Below, in pieces: positions 58,229-64,000 of a stretch of 64,000 bases of DNA. Positions within the stretch are counted from its first letter, which is position 1; each line of letters starts with the position of its first letter. The stretch is from Terriglobia bacterium. Lineage in GTDB: Bacteria > Acidobacteriota > Terriglobia > 20CM-2-55-15. Where the stretch lies: contig CBDAOY010000008.1 in NCBI GenBank assembly GCA_965198225.1, positions 800,001-864,000 on the forward strand, read 5' to 3'. Position numbers and translations under genes: made by a program. The notes beneath the pieces are model-generated. The model searched no databases and was not told the DNA's origin. It saw only the letters and a program-made list of their open reading frames with translations.

Positions 58229-59728
58229 CTAGTCCGATGGTAGGTCGGGGGTCCAGCGGAGAACGGGTTTGCGGGCGGCGGAGGCTTCGTCGATTCGGCC
58301 GATGCGGGTGCTGTGGGGAGCGTTCTTGACCAGGTCCGGATCTTTCTCAGCCTCGCGGGCGATTGCCAGCATCGCATCGATGAACGCGTCGAGTTCCTGT
58401 TTGCTTTCGGTTTCGGTCGGCTCGATCATGATCGCGCCGGGGACGATCAAGGGGAAGGACACGGTTGGTGGGAATCCATAGTCCATGAGACGTTTTCCGA
58501 TGTCTCCGACATGCACACCCTGCCGGGCCTGGATCCGGTCTGAGAATACGACCTCGTGAAGCGAAGCGCCGTCGTACGGCAATGCGTATGCGTTCTTGAG
58601 CTTTTCACGGATGTAGTTTGCGTTGAGGACCGCGACTTCCGAAACCTCCCTCAATCCCTCCGGGCCGTTCGCCCGGATGTAACACAGGGCGCGGACATGC
58701 ATGCCGAACTGACCGAAGAAAGCTTTCACCTTGCCCACCGATTGAGGCCGGTCGTGGTCGATGTAGTAGGACCCGTCGTCAGCTCGGCCGATGGTCGGGC
58801 ATGGTAGGAAGGGTTCCAGGGAAGATCTGACGGCGACGGGCCCGCTTCCCGGCCCACCTCCGCCGTGCGGCGTCGTGAAGGTCTTGTGCAGGTTGATGTG
58901 CAGGACGTCGACGCCGAAGTCTCCGGGCCGGCTGATACCCATCATCGCGTTGAGGTTCGCACCGTCCATGTAGACCAGTGCCCCGTGGGAGTGCATCAAT
59001 TCGGTGATGTCTGCAATCGCGCTCTCGAAGATTCCCAGCGTGTTCGGGTTCGTGACCATGATTCCGGCTACCTGGTCGTCCACGATCTCCCGCAGGTGAG
59101 CCAGATCCACCATGCCGGAGGGATTGGACGGGACGTTCTCGACTTCATATCCCGAGATCGTCACACTGGCGGGGTTTGTCCCATGTGCGGAGTCCGGGAC
59201 GAGAATCTTCCGACGGGGGTTGCCCTGCGCTTCGTGATAGGCGCGAATCATGAGCAGGCCCGTCAGCTCCCCCTGCGCGCCGGCAGCCGGCTGGAGGCTC
59301 ACGGCATCCATGCCTGAAATCTCCGCCAGGCACCGTTCGAGCGACTTCTGCACCGCGAGAGCCCCCTGGACCGTGTCCGCCGGCATGTAGGGGTGGGCCT
59401 CGGCGAAACCGGTGAGCCGGGCGACACGCTCGTTGATTCTCGGGTTGTACTTCATCGTGCAGGAGCCGAGGGGGTAGAGCCCGAGATCGATGTGATAGTT
59501 CCACGTCGACAGCCGAGTGAAGTGGCGGATGACATCCAGCTCGCTCAGCTCGGGCATGCCTTCGATGCCCTCTCGCCGGAGCTCGGAAGGCAGCAGGCTG
59601 TCGAGATCTTCCTCCGGGACATCCGACTCGGGTACGTCGAAGCCCCGGCGCCCTGACGATCCTTCTTCAAAGACGAGGCGCTCATCGAGGCTCAGGTGCG
59701 GTCGGGTCCGTTGCCGCCCCGCGCTCAT
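58229..59728 (-). CDS. gcvPB: Glycine dehydrogenase subunit 2
   Basis: PLGSCTMKYNP, SAHGTNPAS and LHKTFTTPHGGGGPG motifs. Confidence 0.96.
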   Translation of the reverse strand: MSAGRQRTRPHLSLDERLVFEEGSSGRRGFDVPESDVPEEDLDSLLPSELRREGIEGMPELSELDVIRHFTRLSTWNYHIDLGLYPLGSCTMKYNPRINERVARLTGFAEAHPYMPADTVQGALAVQKSLERCLAEISGMDAVSLQPAAGAQGELTGLLMIRAYHEAQGNPRRKILVPDSAHGTNPASVTISGYEVENVPSNPSGMVDLAHLREIVDDQVAGIMVTNPNTLGIFESAIADITELMHSHGALVYMDGANLNAMMGISRPGDFGVDVLHINLHKTFTTPHGGGGPGSGPVAVRSSLEPFLPCPTIGRADDGSYYIDHDRPQSVGKVKAFFGQFGMHVRALCYIRANGPEGLREVSEVAVLNANYIREKLKNAYALPYDGASLHEVVFSDRIQARQGVHVGDIGKRLMDYGFPPTVSFPLIVPGAIMIEPTETESKQELDAFIDAMLAIAREAEKDPDLVKNAPHSTRIGRIDEASAARKPVLRWTPDLPSD

Positions 59729-61068
59729 GACAATGCCCCCACGAGTCTATCGATATCGTTTCTGGTGTGGACCTCTGTAACGCACAGGAGCAGGGCATCG
59801 GCAAGTTCGGGGTAGAACCGGGACAGATGAATTCCCGCGACGACACCCGCTTCTCTCGTGCGCCGTAGAATCGCGTCGGCATCGCCTTTCAAACGCACCA
59901 CGAACTCGTTGAAACGAGGGGAAGGGAAGAGGACTTCGTGATCGGTCTTTTCTCTGATCTGGGCAATGGCGTACCCGGCCTTGAGGACGTTTTGTTCGGC
60001 GATAGTCCGGAGTCCTTCCGGTCCGACTGTCGCCAGGTAGATTGTCGTCATCAGCGCGCAGAGAGACTGGTTCGTGCAGATGTTCGAAGTCGCCTTTTCC
60101 CGACGGATGTGCTGCTCTCGGGTGGCGAGAGTCAGCACGAATCCGCGATGGCCTTCGTGATCGGTTCCCATGCCGACCAGGCGTCCAGGGACTTGTCGGA
60201 GGTAGCGGGACCGTGCCGCGATGTAGCCGACGTGTGGGCCGCCGAAGCTCATCGGAACACCCAGGGACTGAGCTTCGCCGACGACGATATCCGCCCTTTG
60301 TTCATCGGGGCCGGCACCGGGCGGGTAGAGCAGTCCGAAGGACATGGCTTCGGCGATGTTGACGATCGAAAGAGCTCCTTGACCGTGGGCCAGCTCCGCT
60401 ATCTCCGATGTGTTCTCGATCGTGCCGAAGAAGTTGGGAGACTGGATCACGACAGCGGCCGTTTCAGAGCCCAGTTCCCTGGCGAGCTCCTCGAGGTCGA
60501 CCCTTCCGGTCTCGGAGAAATCGATGGGATCGATGACGACGCCGAGCTTCCTGGTGTAGGTCTCGACGACGGCCCGGTACTCGGGATGGACGGAACGGGC
60601 GATGAGGAAGCGGTTCCGGCCCGTCACCCGCTGGGCCATCAGGATCGCCTCTGCCAGCCCGGTGCTGCCATCGTAGAGAGAGGCGTTGGACACGTCCATT
60701 CCGGTCAACTGGGTGATGTAGGTTTGGAACTCGAAGATTGCCTGCAGCGTGCCCTGCGCAATCTCGGCCTGGTAGGGCGTGTACGCCGTGAAGAACTCGG
60801 AGCGGGAGACCAATGAGTCGATGATCAGCGGAACATAGTGGGGGTAGACCCCGCCCCCCAGGAAGGACGTCAAGTCCACCTGGTTCCTGGATGCAATGTC
60901 TTCGAAGTAAGCCAGCAGTTCCGGTTCGGTCAGGGCTTCAGGAATGTCGAGCAGCCCTTCGAGGCGAAGCTCCTTCGGAATGCCCGCAAAGAAAGCCTCC
61001 GTGGAGTCGACGCCGATCTCGGTCAGCATCTCCGCGCGGTCGGACGCGGAGTTCGGGATGTATCTCAA
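59725..61068 (-). CDS. gcvPA: Glycine dehydrogenase subunit 1
   Basis: TAYTPYQAEIAQG, NASLYDG and REQHIRREKATSNICTNQ motifs. Confidence 0.96.
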   Translation of the reverse strand: MRYIPNSASDRAEMLTEIGVDSTEAFFAGIPKELRLEGLLDIPEALTEPELLAYFEDIASRNQVDLTSFLGGGVYPHYVPLIIDSLVSRSEFFTAYTPYQAEIAQGTLQAIFEFQTYITQLTGMDVSNASLYDGSTGLAEAILMAQRVTGRNRFLIARSVHPEYRAVVETYTRKLGVVIDPIDFSETGRVDLEELARELGSETAAVVIQSPNFFGTIENTSEIAELAHGQGALSIVNIAEAMSFGLLYPPGAGPDEQRADIVVGEAQSLGVPMSFGGPHVGYIAARSRYLRQVPGRLVGMGTDHEGHRGFVLTLATREQHIRREKATSNICTNQSLCALMTTIYLATVGPEGLRTIAEQNVLKAGYAIAQIREKTDHEVLFPSPRFNEFVVRLKGDADAILRRTREAGVVAGIHLSRFYPELADALLLCVTEVHTRNDIDRLVGALS

Positions 61069-61464
61069 CTACTCCTCCGCCGCTGCGGTGAATTCTCCGT
61101 AGGCTTCCGCTGAGAGAAGACTGCCCGTTTCGTCCGGATTCTTGATTCGAATCCGCACCATCCAGCCCTGTCCGTAGGAATCGTCGTTGACCACCTCAGG
61201 TGAATTCTCCAGTTCCCCGTTGATGTCGGTGACCTCGCCCGACACAGGCATGAACAGTTCGGATACGGCTTTCACCGATTCCACCGTTCCGAAGGCTTCG
61301 TTCGCATCGAACGTATCCCCGACCTTCGGCAGCTCGACGAAGACAACGTCGCCCAACTCCTCCTGGGCGTGAGAAGTGATACCGACCAGGCCCGTGTCGC
61401 CCTCGACACGGAGCCACTCATGCTCCTTGGAGTACAGCAAGCCATCCGGGTTCATACCGATCAT
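61069..61464 (-). CDS. gcvH: Glycine cleavage system H protein
   Basis: HEW, LGDVVFVELP and VESVKA lipoyl motif. The start may be 61455. Confidence 0.96.
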   Translation of the reverse strand: MIGMNPDGLLYSKEHEWLRVEGDTGLVGITSHAQEELGDVVFVELPKVGDTFDANEAFGTVESVKAVSELFMPVSGEVTDINGELENSPEVVNDDSYGQGWMVRIRIKNPDETGSLLSAEAYGEFTAAAEE

Positions 61465-62552
61465 CTCCGTTTATAGAATGGGGTTTTGACGACTGCGGCG
61501 TCGCACAAGCGTTTACGAACGCGAACCTGGAACCGGGTGCCCGGCCCGGTGTGGGCGATGGGCAGGTAGGCGAGGCCGATGTTCTTCTTGAGGGTAATCG
61601 AAGGGCTGCCGCTCGTAACATGACCGACCTCCTTCCCACCGACCAGTGCCGCGTAGTGATCCCGTGCGATGTCGCGCCCGAGCATCTCGAAACCGACAAG
61701 CTTTCTCTGGAGACCAGCCTCCTTCTGCTTGACGAGGGCCTCGCGTCCGACGAAGGAACTCTTGTCCAGCTTGGCTATCCATCCCAGGCCGGCCTCCAGC
61801 AGGGTTGTGGTTTCGTCCATGTCGTTTCCGTAGAGCAGCATCTTGGCTTCGAGGCGCAGCGTGTTCCGAGCGCCCAGACCGACCGGTAGGATACCGTGGG
61901 CCTTGCCCGACTCGAGAATGGCCTCCCAGACCGCTTCAGACTGTTGCCGGTCGAAGTAGAATTCGAACCCGTCTTCACCGGTGTATCCCGTCCTGGACAC
62001 AATCCCGTCAACGCCCGCAAGCTTCGCGCGGGAGAAGCGGTAGTAGGCGATCTGTGACAGATCCACATCCGTGAGCGGCGCAAGTGTTTCCTGCGATCGC
62101 GGTCCCTGGGTTGCGAGCATCGTCGTCCGATCGCTATCGTCCTCGATCCGGGCCCCCGCCTCGTTGTGAGCCTGCAGCCACTGGAAATCTTTCGCGATGT
62201 TTGCCGCATTGACGACCAGCATGTAGGTCTCCGCGTCGACGCGATAAACGAGCAGGTCGTCGACGACGGTGCCTTCCTCGTAGGCCATTGCCGAGTACTG
62301 CGCCTGCCCGTCTTCGAGAAGTGAGACGTCGTTCGAAGTGACAAACTGGAGGAGTTCCCTCACCCCTTCGCCGCGCACGAAAAACTCCCCCATGTGGCTG
62401 ACATCGAACAGTCCGACGGCGTTGCGCACCGCGGCGTGTTCGGCCGTGATGCCGCTGTATTCGACGGGCATTTCCCAGCCGCCGAAGGGAATCAGGCGCG
62501 CTCCGCATCTCTTGTGAGTGTCGTAGAGAGCGGTTCGTTTGATTTCAGGCAT
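61461..62552 (-). CDS. gcvT: Aminomethyltransferase (glycine cleavage T protein)
   Basis: FGGWEMPVEY, FDVSHMG, RTGYTGEDGFE and LRLEA motifs. Confidence 0.96.
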   Translation of the reverse strand: MPEIKRTALYDTHKRCGARLIPFGGWEMPVEYSGITAEHAAVRNAVGLFDVSHMGEFFVRGEGVRELLQFVTSNDVSLLEDGQAQYSAMAYEEGTVVDDLLVYRVDAETYMLVVNAANIAKDFQWLQAHNEAGARIEDDSDRTTMLATQGPRSQETLAPLTDVDLSQIAYYRFSRAKLAGVDGIVSRTGYTGEDGFEFYFDRQQSEAVWEAILESGKAHGILPVGLGARNTLRLEAKMLLYGNDMDETTTLLEAGLGWIAKLDKSSFVGREALVKQKEAGLQRKLVGFEMLGRDIARDHYAALVGGKEVGHVTSGSPSITLKKNIGLAYLPIAHTGPGTRFQVRVRKRLCDAAVVKTPFYKRR

Positions 62553-62610
62553 CGGGGCGTAACAACCTCTTCGCACTTCGGTTCTTCGGAGTCAAGAGGG
62601 GGGCAATGGC

Positions 62611-62642
62611 AGTCTGGCCCCCTGGGCGGAGGGGGCCAGACT
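62611..62642. repeat. Perfect 13-bp hairpin upstream of gcvT
   Basis: AGTCTGGCCCCCT-GGGCGG-AGGGGGCCAGACT, with no U-tract. Confidence 0.6.
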
Positions 62643-62701
62643 CGGAGGCAATGCCTGATGTCGGATCGAAGAACGCGTTTACGTGGACCTGAAACCAGTA
62701 C

Positions 62702-64000
62702 TCACCGACTGAGGCGTGTCATCATCGCGGAGCGCTCGAGCCGTCGGCCGGCCAGGTACACCTCGGCGATGTCCCGGCTGTCGACCATGTTCTCGATCGG
62801 GTTACCGGGGACGAGAAGAAAATCCGCTCGCTTTCCGGCGGCCAACCCGCCACTTTCCTCGTAGCCGAGTATTTTCGCCGACGTGACGGTGGCTGCCACG
62901 ATGGCCTGTTCCGGGGTCAGGCCCGCGGCGACCATCAACTCCAGCTCACGATGCTCGAAGAAGCCGGGGAAACGATCGAGCGTTCCCGAATCACTGCCGA
63001 AACCTATCGTGACGCCGGCGTCGGAGAGCGTCTTCAGGTTTCGCATTGCCGTGTCGAACTGACGACGACGTGCATTCAGGTTGAGGTCCTGTTGCGCCCT
63101 GCCGACAAAACCGGGGCTCGATATTCGGCCGACGGTACTTCCACTGACGGTCTCGCGCAGCGATCTGTCACCGAGCCAGGCCGGTTCATCGGCGTAAGTG
63201 AAGGCGGATTCGTGCCCGGTCAGGGTCGGGACATAGAACACGTCGTTCTCGACCATTGCCTGGACCAACGCGTCGTCGACATTGCGGTCTCGGATACTGT
63301 GCACCAGACCATCGACCCCGGCGTCTACGAGGCGTTTTGCGTCGGCCAGGTAAAGAACATGAGCGACGACGCGAATGTTGTTCTGGTGTGCTTCATCGAT
63401 GACTGCGGAATAGAACTCCGGTCGCAGCTTGGGCACCGTTGCGACCTGATCGGCGAGTCGCCCTCCCCGGTAGATCTGTCCGGTCACCTGACGAGCGTCG
63501 TCCACCCAGACCTTGACGAAATCCACTTCCTTGGCCGCGAGGTCCCGAACCGCTTGTCGGGCCTCCTCCTCGCTGTTCACCTGGATCGGTACTTCGCCCA
63601 TGCCATCCAAAGTCGACGGGAATCCGCCTCTTCCGGTGATGCCCTGGCCGGCTGTGAACAGCCGGGTGCCGCTCAGTTCACCCGAGCGCTGTTCAGTGCG
63701 GATCTGAAATGCGAGATCGCCGACATCGCTCCCCAGTACGGCGACGGAACCGACGCCGTAGTAAAGATATCGGTCGAGGTCGTCCACCACGGTTTCCCGG
63801 GAATAGTTGGCCACATCAAAGTTCGAGCCGATCGTCAAGCCCACATGCCCGTGCATGTTGTGCATGAAGGGGAAAACGGTATGGTTTGAGAGATCGAAGC
63901 GGTCCGCGCCAGGGGGGTGCTCCACCTCTGCTATCGGGCCGATAGCCCGGATGATTCCGTCGTCGACGATGATCGCGACGTTTTCAATAAGCTGTCCGTC
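62702..64000 (-). CDS. Amidohydrolase family protein (5' end outside the window)
   Basis: Frame open to the window end. HGH, KVWVDD, AH, HS, GSDSG and AGKRADF motifs. Confidence 0.85.
   Translation of the reverse strand, partial: DGQLIENVAIIVDDGIIRAIGPIAEVEHPPGADRFDLSNHTVFPFMHNMHGHVGLTIGSNFDVANYSRETVVDDLDRYLYYGVGSVAVLGSDVGDLAFQIRTEQRSGELSGTRLFTAGQGITGRGGFPSTLDGMGEVPIQVNSEEEARQAVRDLAAKEVDFVKVWVDDARQVTGQIYRGGRLADQVATVPKLRPEFYSAVIDEAHQNNIRVVAHVLYLADAKRLVDAGVDGLVHSIRDRNVDDALVQAMVENDVFYVPTLTGHESAFTYADEPAWLGDRSLRETVSGSTVGRISSPGFVGRAQQDLNLNARRRQFDTAMRNLKTLSDAGVTIGFGSDSGTLDRFPGFFEHRELELMVAAGLTPEQAIVAATVTSAKILGYEESGGLAAGKRADFLLVPGNPIENMVDSRDIAEVYLAGRRLERSAMMTRLSR

Noticed and set aside
62553-62701. 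Glycine riboswitch upstream of gcvT
   Set aside because: No GGAGA...CCGAAG...CTCAGG aptamer pattern on the minus strand, only a simple hairpin.

Overview
A 64-kb GC-rich stretch of bacterial chromosome, mostly housekeeping and metabolic genes. The gene content (tandem DUF507-like pair, bshB1-glutaredoxin-ribF next to mazG, ECF/FecR/double-ABC cassette, M48 proteases) suggests Acidobacteriota, by inference only. Recognisable blocks are gnd-gluconokinase, an SMR exporter, an acyl-CoA ligase/ACP/PlsC fusion, an ammonium transporter, a 4-gene Na+-translocating acyl-CoA decarboxylase, ECF sigma/anti-sigma/ABC, a two-component system, tRNA-Asp, a B12 radical SAM gene, mazG-GNAT-NSAR/OSBS-deaminase, ribA, a moaD-moaE fusion and gcvT-H-PA-PB. 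No CRISPR array, rRNA, integrase or transposase was seen. The best hidden signal is in the amt leader, which carries a dual-hexaloop ANTAR target overlapping an intrinsic terminator. The window also encodes a GAF-GAF-ANTAR protein whose first GAF resembles the nitrogen-sensing GAF of EI-Ntr. Together they suggest an RNA-antitermination nitrogen circuit for ammonium uptake. Also notable are a 269-bp highly structured MITE (4 copies) with compensatory base changes, a small Tat-signal partner coupled to a signal-less amidase, a GAF::DUF983-like fusion, and several families of intergenic palindromic or heptamer repeats. All family assignments come from motif recognition, not database searches.
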